A DNA stretch of 64,000 nucleotides from Clostridia bacterium. Lineage in GTDB: Bacteria > Bacillota > Clostridia > Oscillospirales > CAG-382. Of the stretch, positions 1 through 8,208 are shown piece by piece; position 1 is the first letter of the stretch; each line of letters opens with the position of its first letter. Both the position numbers and the translations under genes were made by a program. Below the pieces are notes generated by a model. The model worked only from the letters and a program-made list of their open reading frames with translations. It made no database searches and was not told where the DNA came from. The stretch covers positions 24,012 to 88,011 of the forward strand of contig JAFQKR010000077.1 of the NCBI GenBank assembly GCA_017396825.1, written 5' to 3'.

Positions 1-1
1 T

Positions 2-268
2 AAAGACGAAGACATCGTGGGAACAGGAAATAGAGTTAGCATTATCAAAGACGGTGAGGTCGTGCTGACGTCAACCGTTGTAATAGTTGGTGACGTGAAC
101 GGAGACGGATGGTTAACCACCGTTGATCTTACGGCAACAAAAGCGCATTTGTCCGGTAACTCTCTGTTATCAGATGTTTATTCATTAGCTGCAGATATCA
201 ACGGAAACGGTTTAATAAGTACTACTGATTACAAATCTGCGCTTTATATCATCGCAAAAAGCAAATAG
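2..268 (+). CDS. C-terminal fragment of a dockerin-containing secreted protein; the 5' end lies outside the window
   Basis: The reading frame is open from base 2. Two Ca-binding dockerin repeats are present: GDVNGDGWLTTVDLTATKAHLSG and ADINGNGLISTTDYKSALYIIA. Confidence 0.7.
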   Translation, partial: KDEDIVGTGNRVSIIKDGEVVLTSTVVIVGDVNGDGWLTTVDLTATKAHLSGNSLLSDVYSLAADINGNGLISTTDYKSALYIIAKSK

Positions 269-329
269 GGTTATATTTTGTCCTTTAAAATCATAGGTTG
301 TAACAATTCACTGATATAGGAGAGTTGTT

Positions 330-620
330 ATGACTTACGGTGGGCGATTATCCATAGAAGACAGAGTTATGATTTTCGCAAGACATATCATGGAAAACAA
401 AACTACGGTAAGAGCCGTTGCAAAGCATTTCGGATACTCTAAATCTACAGTTCATAAGGACCTTACCGCGAGGCTGTTTGAAACAGATAAGGCGCTTTAC
501 GAGCAAGTAGCGAAGATTTTGGAAAACAACAAACAAACAAGACACATTCGCGGCGGAAATGCCACAAAGTTTAAATATGCGGAGTTAAAGAAAAACGATG
601 ATAAACATAAATTACGGTAA
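330..620 (+). CDS. spoIIID: Sporulation transcriptional regulator SpoIIID
   Basis: 96 aa. The HTH core TTVRAVAKHFGYSKSTVHKDLTARL and the C-terminal basic motif RHIRGGNATKFKY match B. subtilis SpoIIID as I recall it. Confidence 0.85.
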   Translation: MTYGGRLSIEDRVMIFARHIMENKTTVRAVAKHFGYSKSTVHKDLTARLFETDKALYEQVAKILENNKQTRHIRGGNATKFKYAELKKNDDKHKLR

Positions 621-1752
621 AAACATCTACATAGGCATAATGTCGGGCACCAGTGCCGACGGCATCGACGTTGCCGCTGTTGAGATAGACGGGGACATCG
701 TGCATCCCAATTGCAAGCTTTTGGCTTTTAACAACGTTCCCTACACTACCGAGGTTCGAAGGCGTATTTTCGATCTTTTTGATACAAAAAGTGCAACCAT
801 TGATAAGATAGGTGAAATGAATTTTCTCCTTGGCAGGCTTTACGGAGAGGCGGCAAACCTACTTATAGACGATGGACAGATCGACAGAAACAGAATCGCA
901 GCTATCGGTTCACACGGGCAGACGGTTTATCACTCCCCCGAGGGCGATGTCCCCTGTACCGTTCAAATCGGCGAAGGTAGTGTTATCTCCAGACTGACCG
1001 GTTGCCTTTGCGTTTCGGATTTTCGAGTTGCCGACATTGCGGCCGGTGGAAACGGCGCCCCCTTGGTGCCCTTTACCGAATACGCACTGTTTGCAGATGA
1101 CAAAAATGGGCTTATTTTGCAAAACATCGGTGGTATATCCAACAGCACCATTTTGCCAAAAAACTGTCGACCTGAGGAAGTTTTTGCTTTTGACAACGGT
1201 CCGGGCAACATGCTTATAGATGCACTTGCAACCCGTTATTACGGCTTGGAGATGGATATAGGCGGCAAGATTGCCGCAAAGGGCAAAGTCAACCAAAAAC
1301 TTTTAGACACACTGCTGCTTGAACCTTATTACAAAAAACTGCCCCCCAAAACCACCGGTAGAGAGCTTTTTGGCGAAGCATATGCAGAAAAAATTATATC
1401 TATCAGCGATGGCATTAGCAAAGAAGATGTTCTTGCCACTGTCACTATGCTAACTGCAAGAGTAATAGCAGACAGTTACCGCGACTTTGTTCTTCCCAAA
1501 AATCAAATTTCCGAGCTTATAGTTGGTGGCGGTGGCAGCTACAACGAAACTCTGATGAGGTTTTTAGAAAATGAAATGTCTGCATATGGGGTTTCTGTAT
1601 TCACGCAAGAACAAAAAGGTCAAAACAGCGACGCAAAGGAAGCTGTTGCTTTTGCATTGTTGGCGTATTACACGTTAAAGGGATTGCCGAACAATTTGCA
1701 AAGCGCAACGGGTGCAAAATACCCAGCGGTAATGGGTAAAATATCTTTTTAA
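598..1752 (+). CDS. anmK: Anhydro-N-acetylmuramic acid kinase
   Basis: N-terminal YIGIMSGTSADGIDVA signature and a size of 384 aa. It overlaps the spoIIID 3' end by 23 nt. Confidence 0.85.
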   Translation: MININYGKNIYIGIMSGTSADGIDVAAVEIDGDIVHPNCKLLAFNNVPYTTEVRRRIFDLFDTKSATIDKIGEMNFLLGRLYGEAANLLIDDGQIDRNRIAAIGSHGQTVYHSPEGDVPCTVQIGEGSVISRLTGCLCVSDFRVADIAAGGNGAPLVPFTEYALFADDKNGLILQNIGGISNSTILPKNCRPEEVFAFDNGPGNMLIDALATRYYGLEMDIGGKIAAKGKVNQKLLDTLLLEPYYKKLPPKTTGRELFGEAYAEKIISISDGISKEDVLATVTMLTARVIADSYRDFVLPKNQISELIVGGGGSYNETLMRFLENEMSAYGVSVFTQEQKGQNSDAKEAVAFALLAYYTLKGLPNNLQSATGAKYPAVMGKISF

Positions 1753-1766
1753 GCGAGGAAGTTATT

Positions 1767-2915
1767 ATGTTTAAAGCAGAATGGGCAAAAGAAAACGATT
1801 TTGATGAAATTCTAGAAAAAGCAGATATTATTTTTGGCGGTGAGGGTAATACCGATTATTTTCAGTTGTATCATCCGAAGCTGTATTCGGTGCGTAATTC
1901 GGCTACCGAACATCTTGTTGTAAGAGAAGAAGACGGAATAAAAGGCATGCTTGGCGTATTCCCCGCCGAAATGTCCGTTTGCGGCAGAAGCCTTAAGGTT
2001 GATGGATTTGGCACCATGGGCGTTTTAAAATCCGCCCGCGGAAAAGGATATATGAAAGACCTCATGAACACAGCTGTGGAGGCCTCGGCAAAGAGGGCTG
2101 ATCTTGCATTTTTGGGTGGTAGACGTCAGCGCTACGAATACTTTGGTTTTACTCCATCAGGAGTTTCAGCACAGTTTTCCTTTAACAGCGACAACGGAAA
2201 GCACAGCATCGGTGGTGCCGACACAAGTGATATCAAGTTTTCAAAAATAGATGCAGACGATAAAATCGTGCTTGATTTTATTGAATCTCTGACCGTAAGC
2301 AAGGCAGCATACGTAAAGCGTGACAGAAACCTACTACACGCCATACTTCACACCTGCCGTAATACCCCGTATCTTATCAGTAAAAACGATTCCCCTATAG
2401 GATACGTAGTTGCCGGGGGCGAAAACCGTATGATCTGCGAAATAGAATTAAAAGACCTATCTTTGTTGCCGTTAGTGCTTACTGCTTACCTTAAAAATTT
2501 TGAACTTCGTGGGGTTTTTGTTTCAGGCAACTTTATGTTCGAGCGCGAAAAACTCACCGCATTGGAAGCGGTTTGTGAGACTTGCACCTTGACGGGTTGC
2601 GAAAGCTTCCTTATACACGATTTTGTTAAGGTCCTTGATGCGTTTTTTGCCCTTAAAGCTACTTACACCAAGTTGTACGACGGAAAAACCGTATTTGAAA
2701 TCAACGGTCGTGGCAGAATAGCCATTGAGGTTAAAAACGGCGTCCACAGCGTAACAAAAACAACAGATGATGCCAACGTGAGGATTTCCCCAATCGAAGC
2801 AACGAGGCTGTTTTTCGGCATTACAGCACACCTTGATTTTGACAAAGGTATCGACCCCGGTCTTGCTGCAAACTTCCCTCTTCCCCTCTTCTATTCACGC
2901 CCTGATTTTGTTTAA
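1767..2915 (+). CDS. GNAT family N-acetyltransferase, Eis-like three-domain architecture
   Basis: Acetyl-CoA loop motif ARGKGYMKDLM. The 382-aa length fits GNAT plus a C-terminal SCP2-like extension. SD GAGGAAG lies upstream. Confidence 0.55.
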   Translation: MFKAEWAKENDFDEILEKADIIFGGEGNTDYFQLYHPKLYSVRNSATEHLVVREEDGIKGMLGVFPAEMSVCGRSLKVDGFGTMGVLKSARGKGYMKDLMNTAVEASAKRADLAFLGGRRQRYEYFGFTPSGVSAQFSFNSDNGKHSIGGADTSDIKFSKIDADDKIVLDFIESLTVSKAAYVKRDRNLLHAILHTCRNTPYLISKNDSPIGYVVAGGENRMICEIELKDLSLLPLVLTAYLKNFELRGVFVSGNFMFEREKLTALEAVCETCTLTGCESFLIHDFVKVLDAFFALKATYTKLYDGKTVFEINGRGRIAIEVKNGVHSVTKTTDDANVRISPIEATRLFFGITAHLDFDKGIDPGLAANFPLPLFYSRPDFV

Positions 2916-2922
2916 CCCATTG

Positions 2923-2962
2923 AAAAAAAATACAGCTCATTTTAAATGAGCTGTATTTTTTT
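2923..2962. terminator. Bidirectional intrinsic terminator between convergent genes
   Basis: A-tract, then ATACAGCTCAT / ATGAGCTGTAT 11-bp stem with a 5-nt loop, then T-tract. Confidence 0.75.
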
Positions 2963-2968
2963 AACATT

Positions 2969-4534
2969 TTATTTTCCAAGAGAATCAGTAATGTTTACCG
3001 TTTTTGTAGCGTTATAGCATTCAAACATACCGTCAACGCCATCGGGCTTTGATTTTTTGGTAATAAGACTTACGATAGGTACCAGTACAAGACCGCCAAC
3101 CATAGCGAAAACGCCAGAGTATAAGGAGTTTTGGAACACAAAGCCAAGAACCGGAACATCGGATACGCTGAACACGTTAAGCGAAACGAGAAGCTGAACT
3201 ATCTCAAGGCCTGTGCCGAAGATGAAGCTTGCAACAACAGCCGCCTTAGTAACACCTTTCCAGTACAAGCCGTAAAGGAAGGGAGCAAGAAAGGCACCCG
3301 CCATAGCACCCCAAGAAACGCCCATCATCTGAGCTATGAACAAGCTTTTTGAATTATGCTGGAAAATTGCAATAGCAGAAGAAACAATGATGAATAACAC
3401 TATGAACAAGCGAATAGAAAGCATCTTGCCTTTTTCAGTCATATCCTTACCCTTTTTAGCCTTTATCGGAGATATAAAGTCAAGAGTTATGGTGGAGCCG
3501 CTGGTCATAACCAGAGAAGAAAGGGTAGACATAGATGCAGAAAGAACCAAAACTATAACTATACCGATTACGATATCAGGAAGGTTGGAAAGCATTGCAG
3601 GTATAACAGCATCAAAACCGTCCTTGGCAACATCAACGTTGTAAAGCCTGCCAAAGCCGCCAAGGAAGTAGCAGCCGCCTGCAACTATGATTGCAAATAC
3701 AGTAGAAATAATGGTGCCCTTTTTAATGGAATCCTCATTTTTAATAGCATAAAACTTACCCACCATCTGAGGCAGACCCCAAGTGCCGAGTGAGGTGAGG
3801 AGAACCACGAAAAGGAGGAATAATGGGTCTGCACCGAAGAAGGAGGCATACTCGGGACCACCGTTTGTACCATTTGCAAGACCGTCGAGAGCAGCGGAAA
3901 AGCCACCGTTGTTGTTGAGAACCGCAACTATTACAGTTACAATACCACCAAGCATTATTATGCCTTGAATAAAATCGTTGATGGCTGTAGCCATATAGCC
4001 GCCGAACAAAACGTAAATACCGGTAAGTACAGCCATAAGGATAACGCAAACTTCATAGTCTACTCCGGGATATGCCATTTCAAACAAACGGGAAAGCCCG
4101 TTAAACAAAGAAGCAGTATACGGAACAAGGAATATAAAGGTTATAGCTGATGCCGCCAATTTTAGAGAATTAGACGCATAACGTATACCGAAAAAGTCCG
4201 GCATTGTACGGCTACCCAAATGTTGGGTCATAACCCTTGTACGTCTACCAAGAACCACCCAAGCAAGCAAAGAACCGATAAAGGCGTTGCCAAGACCTAT
4301 CCAAGTAGAAGCAACACCGAATCTCCACCCAAACTGCCCCGCATATCCAACAAATATTACTGCAGAAAAATAGGAGGTGCCGTATGCAAATGCGGTAAGC
4401 CAGGGGCCAACGGAACGACCGCCAAGCACGAACCCGTTAACATCAGTTGCCTTTTTACGACAATAAACACCAATACCTAGCATAACTGCAAAAAATACTA
4501 CCAATAGCACTGTGGTAACAACCATTCTGTTCAC
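2969..4534 (-). CDS. Sodium:solute symporter family (SSF) transporter
   Basis: 521 aa with about 13 hydrophobic segments. The N-terminus and the GxxSxxxW-type pattern are typical of PutP/PanF/ActP-type SSF proteins. It lies 36 nt downstream of the ligase gene. Confidence 0.8.
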   Translation of the reverse strand: MNRMVVTTVLLVVFFAVMLGIGVYCRKKATDVNGFVLGGRSVGPWLTAFAYGTSYFSAVIFVGYAGQFGWRFGVASTWIGLGNAFIGSLLAWVVLGRRTRVMTQHLGSRTMPDFFGIRYASNSLKLAASAITFIFLVPYTASLFNGLSRLFEMAYPGVDYEVCVILMAVLTGIYVLFGGYMATAINDFIQGIIMLGGIVTVIVAVLNNNGGFSAALDGLANGTNGGPEYASFFGADPLFLLFVVLLTSLGTWGLPQMVGKFYAIKNEDSIKKGTIISTVFAIIVAGGCYFLGGFGRLYNVDVAKDGFDAVIPAMLSNLPDIVIGIVIVLVLSASMSTLSSLVMTSGSTITLDFISPIKAKKGKDMTEKGKMLSIRLFIVLFIIVSSAIAIFQHNSKSLFIAQMMGVSWGAMAGAFLAPFLYGLYWKGVTKAAVVASFIFGTGLEIVQLLVSLNVFSVSDVPVLGFVFQNSLYSGVFAMVGGLVLVPIVSLITKKSKPDGVDGMFECYNATKTVNITDSLGK

Positions 4535-4570
4535 ATCCTTTGTTGATTTTAAATTATAGCCTTTTAAAAT

Positions 4571-6205
4571 TTATGACATGTTTTGTGAAGCTACAAGCCC
4601 CTCACCGCCGTAAATTTTACGAAGCAAGGGTTTTTCTATTTTACCGGTTGGGTTACGTGGTACGTCAGCAAAAAAGATCTTACGCGGACGCTTATAACGA
4701 GGCATGCCCATACAAAAGCTGTTTATTTCTTCTTCGCTGCATTTCATTCCTTCTTTAACGGAAATTATAGCAGCGGCAATTTCACCGAGACGCGCATCGG
4801 GAAGACCGATAACTGCAACGTCCTTAACCGCGGGATGTGCACTTATAAAGTCCTCTATCTGAACTGGATATAAGTTTTCACCGCCTGTGATAATAACGTC
4901 CTTTTTACGGTCAACAAGGTAAATAAAGCCATCCTCGTCCTGCATAGCCATATCGCCGGTAAACAACCAACCATCCTTCAGGGTGGCTGCAGTTGCCGCG
5001 GCATCGTTATAATAACACTCCATAACGCCGTCCCCCTTAAGACAAAGCTCGCCAACATCGCCTCTGGTGACTTCGTTGCCTTCGGGATCAACTATCTTAA
5101 TCTGCCAACCGTAACCGGGAACTCCAATAGCGCCAACCTTGTGTACGTTTTCAACCCCAAGGTGTACTGCACCGGGGCCTATAGATTCGGAAAGACCATA
5201 ATTTGTATCATACTGATGGTCTGGGAAATACTCAAGCCAACGAGTGATAAGACTCTTAGGAACGGGCTGTGCACCTATATGCATAAGTCTCCATTGAGAA
5301 AGGTTGTAGTTGGATAGCTTAAGCTCGCCGCGATCAAGGGTGTTAAGTATATCCTGAGCCCACGGAACGAGCAACCAAACTATGGTGCATTTTTCTGAAG
5401 AAACAGCGTTAAGCACATCTTCGGGCTTTGTTCCCTTAAGAAGCACCGCCTTACCGCCCGAAATAAGACTGCCGAACCAGTGCATCTTTGCACCGGTGTG
5501 GTAAAGGGGAGGTATGCAAAGAAACACGTCATCCTTGGTTTGCCCATGATGGTTTTGCTCTACCTTACAGGAATGCATAAGGCTTTTATGCTTATGCAGA
5601 ATTGCCTTCGGAAAGCCGGTAGTGCCTGATGAAAAGTATATAGCGGCGTAATCGTCGTCGGTTATTTCAATATCCGGATTATCATCGCGGCAAAAATGCG
5701 TCACTTTAAAATAATCCTCAGCAAAGGTGGGACAGCTTCCCTCGCCCACGTAGATGAGAGTTCTGGTTTTGCTGAGATTGCCCGCAATTTCTTCAACTCT
5801 ACCGATAAATTCGGGACCGAAAACAAGCATGTCTACCTCGGCAAGGCTTAGACAATAATTAATTTCATCAGCTGCATAACGGAAATTAAGCGGAACCGCA
5901 AGAGCGCCTGTCTTAAGCACGCCAAAGTATATTGGAAGCCATTCAAGGCAGTTCATAAGCAAGATAGCAACCTTATCGCCTTTACCAATATTTCGTGACA
6001 ATAGAAAATTTGCAAAACGGTTTGCTCTTTCGTTGAACTGTTCCCAGGTTATCTCTTTCCGAAAGGTAGATGCTCCTGTAGCCTCAATAAGGTTATATTC
6101 CTTCCACACCACACGTCGAGGATGCGCTTCGGGATTAAGTTCAACCAAAGCAGAGTCCTTACCGTAAAGACGGCTGTTTTTTTCCAACAGTTCTGTAATA
6201 GGCAT
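4571..6205 (-). CDS. AMP-dependent acyl-CoA synthetase/ligase (ANL superfamily)
   Basis: AMP-binding motif YFSSGTTGFPKAIL, GYGLSES, TGDMAMQDEDGFIYLVDRKKD and C-terminal PRNPTGKI. SD AAGGAG lies 8 nt upstream of the ATG. Confidence 0.85.
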   Translation of the reverse strand: MPITELLEKNSRLYGKDSALVELNPEAHPRRVVWKEYNLIEATGASTFRKEITWEQFNERANRFANFLLSRNIGKGDKVAILLMNCLEWLPIYFGVLKTGALAVPLNFRYAADEINYCLSLAEVDMLVFGPEFIGRVEEIAGNLSKTRTLIYVGEGSCPTFAEDYFKVTHFCRDDNPDIEITDDDYAAIYFSSGTTGFPKAILHKHKSLMHSCKVEQNHHGQTKDDVFLCIPPLYHTGAKMHWFGSLISGGKAVLLKGTKPEDVLNAVSSEKCTIVWLLVPWAQDILNTLDRGELKLSNYNLSQWRLMHIGAQPVPKSLITRWLEYFPDHQYDTNYGLSESIGPGAVHLGVENVHKVGAIGVPGYGWQIKIVDPEGNEVTRGDVGELCLKGDGVMECYYNDAAATAATLKDGWLFTGDMAMQDEDGFIYLVDRKKDVIITGGENLYPVQIEDFISAHPAVKDVAVIGLPDARLGEIAAAIISVKEGMKCSEEEINSFCMGMPRYKRPRKIFFADVPRNPTGKIEKPLLRKIYGGEGLVASQNMS

Positions 6206-6228
6206 TTTTGTTTCTCCTTCATTCTGAC

Positions 6229-6263
6229 AAAATAAAACGGATGCTGCGGCATTGGCAGCACCC
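6229..6263 (-). terminator. Intrinsic terminator/attenuator inside the 5' leader of the ligase-symporter operon
   Basis: On the minus strand: GGGUGCUGC, a 7-nt loop, GCAGCAUCC, then GUUUUAUUUU. It ends about 24 nt upstream of the ligase ATG. Confidence 0.55.
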
Positions 6264-6292
6264 GATAAACAATTTCTTATATCGAAATTTCT

Positions 6293-6397
6293 TTATCCGT
6301 AGCAAAACGCCAACGCAAAACTAACCGCGGCAATAATAAGCGCGGTAATAATAATATGCGTAAGCGAAATTGCTAATATTATACATTGCGGATACAT
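6293..6397 (-). other. Candidate leader uORF(s): a 34-aa hydrophobic peptide, or an alternative 21-aa Tyr-rich frame at 6321..6386
   Basis: AAGGAGG (6398..6404) directly abuts ATG 6397. The second ATG (6386) sits 11 nt from the SD. Neither frame can be confirmed from sequence alone. Confidence 0.25.
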
Positions 6398-6417
6398 CCT
6401 CCTTACAGGATATATGC

Positions 6418-6446
6418 ATAATATCACAATTTTTATCCGTTGTAAA
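6418..6446 (-). promoter_or_regulatory. Sigma-A-type promoter for the leader and ligase operon
   Basis: TTTACA, 17 nt, TATTAT, with TG at the extended -10 position. Confidence 0.45.
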
Positions 6447-6558
6447 GACTTTTTATAAAAATATATTAATTTATATACGCTTTTAGTCAGTTTAACAAAA
6501 AATTCACCAATATTTTTGTTAACGGTGTATAATACCTAGTATCATCGGAGGTGATACA

Positions 6559-7188
6559 ATGAAATATACACACGTAATATGGGATTTTAACGGCACCATT
6601 CTTGATGACGTTTCCCCTTGCATCGACGTGCTTAACGCCTTACTTAAAAAGCGTAGCCTCGAATGTGTTGACTGTGAACAGTATAAAAAGGTGTTCGGGT
6701 TCCCTATCAAAGACTATTACGTTAAGGTTGGGTTTGACTTTTCAAAAGAAGACTACGGTGTGCTGGCAGACGAATGGGCAAAACTGTACCGTGAGGCTAC
6801 ACCAGACTGCGGTCTTTGCAAAGGTGTAAAGGAGGCTATTGACTATTTTAAAAGCAAGGGTATGACTCAAATTATTCTTTCGGCAACGGAAAAAAGCCTC
6901 CTGCAGGAGCAACTTGTTCCATTAGGTATTGCATCCTATTTTTCGGAGACCTTGGCACTTGACAATCTTTACGCAGTAAGTAAGGTTGAGTTGGGTAAAG
7001 AATGGATAAAGCGTAATAAACCTCAAAAAGCCATTTTTATCGGTGACACTGAACACGACTTTGAAACAGCAGCTGCAATGGGTGTTGATTGTGTTCTTAT
7101 AGCTAACGGTCATCAAAACAAAGAAAGGCTTTCCCTGTTAGGGGTTCCGGTTATGAACTCCGCATCGGACTTGATTAAACTCTTCTAA
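6559..7188 (+). CDS. HAD-superfamily hydrolase (phosphoglycolate phosphatase-like)
   Basis: Motif I VIWDFNGTILDD (Asp+2 is Asn), motif S-A-T, and motif IV FIGDTEHD. SD GGAGG lies 7 nt upstream. Confidence 0.7.
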   Translation: MKYTHVIWDFNGTILDDVSPCIDVLNALLKKRSLECVDCEQYKKVFGFPIKDYYVKVGFDFSKEDYGVLADEWAKLYREATPDCGLCKGVKEAIDYFKSKGMTQIILSATEKSLLQEQLVPLGIASYFSETLALDNLYAVSKVELGKEWIKRNKPQKAIFIGDTEHDFETAAAMGVDCVLIANGHQNKERLSLLGVPVMNSASDLIKLF

Positions 7189-7222
7189 AAAACAGCTTAG
7201 CGATATTGCTAAGCTGTTTTCC
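7187..7222. terminator. Bidirectional intrinsic terminator
   Basis: AACAGCTTAGC / GCTAAGCTGTT 11-bp stem flanked by A- and T-tracts. Confidence 0.75.
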
Positions 7223-7224
7223 GT

Positions 7225-8208
7225 TTAATAGTTAAATCCCTTAAGTTCGGTAGGGTTAGCCCACCTGCCTGCCTGCTTTTTCCCTGCATAGTCGCGCAAA
7301 AGCTCAGTCCAAGCATTAAAAGCATTTTTATTAAGATGACAAGCTACGGAAGAACCAACGTCGCTGCAAAACTCGGTACCAAGGCAACCGTTATCATCGA
7401 CCAATGCATAGGCAACATCAATGAAATCTAGGCCGTTTTGGTTACAGTAATCAAGAACCTTAGTATTAAAGGTGTGTATACTTCCATTGTTAAGCTTATT
7501 CCCCATATTATTGCTTGATGAATGGAGATAGGTGTTGCCGATAATGACAATGTTTAAATTAGAATTTGTGTTCTTAAGTTCATCAATAAGAGCCGTAAGC
7601 AACACAAAGGTTTCATCAACGCCCGTCATTCCGTCTTTATATATCGCAATATCGTTAAGAGCCATAAGCGAAAGATATACGGTCTGAACACCCATTTTAT
7701 TTACCGCAGAAGTGATATTAAGTTTTTCGCCCTGGTATACCGGCCATGCACAATCCGACTGATCAGCGGTCTGGTTTTTATTATTATAAAAACTGAAGCT
7801 TGCGGCTGCAAAAAAATTGGCGTTACCAAGAAGACCGCTTACAGAACCTCTGGCAGAAGTAACATAATTCTTGTAATGAAGCATGATGGAATTACCAACA
7901 AAAACAGAATCGTTGAAATATGCATCATTAACGTCGGCGGTCAGTTCATAATTGGTATAATATGCAACGCGTTCGCTGTAATCCACAGGATAGATAGACT
8001 CGTACACAGGAGGCTCCTCCTGAAAAGAACTCTCAGCAGAACTTTCAATTGAAGCATCTTCCTCTGTCGTATCCTCGGAAGAAACGCCCTGAACGGGCTT
8101 TTCGCTATTGGTTTGACTTGAATAATCCTCAACGTTGACATCAACACATGATATCACCGAGTAAAGACAAACGATGGTGCTAAGTATAAACAAAACAATT
8201 TTTCTCAT
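7225..8208 (-). CDS. Lipoprotein, SGNH/GDSL-like hydrolase fold (tentative)
   Basis: Lipobox VISC. An acidic S/E-rich linker follows. It has an FVGNSIM block I-like motif and a C-terminal D..VACHLN (DxxH-like) motif. Confidence 0.45.
   Translation of the reverse strand: MRKIVLFILSTIVCLYSVISCVDVNVEDYSSQTNSEKPVQGVSSEDTTEEDASIESSAESSFQEEPPVYESIYPVDYSERVAYYTNYELTADVNDAYFNDSVFVGNSIMLHYKNYVTSARGSVSGLLGNANFFAAASFSFYNNKNQTADQSDCAWPVYQGEKLNITSAVNKMGVQTVYLSLMALNDIAIYKDGMTGVDETFVLLTALIDELKNTNSNLNIVIIGNTYLHSSSNNMGNKLNNGSIHTFNTKVLDYCNQNGLDFIDVAYALVDDNGCLGTEFCSDVGSSVACHLNKNAFNAWTELLRDYAGKKQAGRWANPTELKGFNY

Noticed and set aside
6229-6275. Partial resemblance of UCGGGUGCUGCC in the leader terminator to the T-box consensus (GGGUGGUACCGCG).
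   Set aside because: It lacks the UGGN that pairs with the tRNA NCCA end. The leader is too short (about 180 nt) for a Stem I/specifier architecture. The regulated genes are not aminoacyl-tRNA related.
6559-7188. HAD hydrolase motif I reads DFNGT instead of DxDGT; the general acid/base Asp+2 is Asn.
   Set aside because: It could indicate altered chemistry, but single-residue variation at Asp+2 occurs across HAD subfamilies. Nothing in the context suggests a special role, and I cannot judge further without an alignment.
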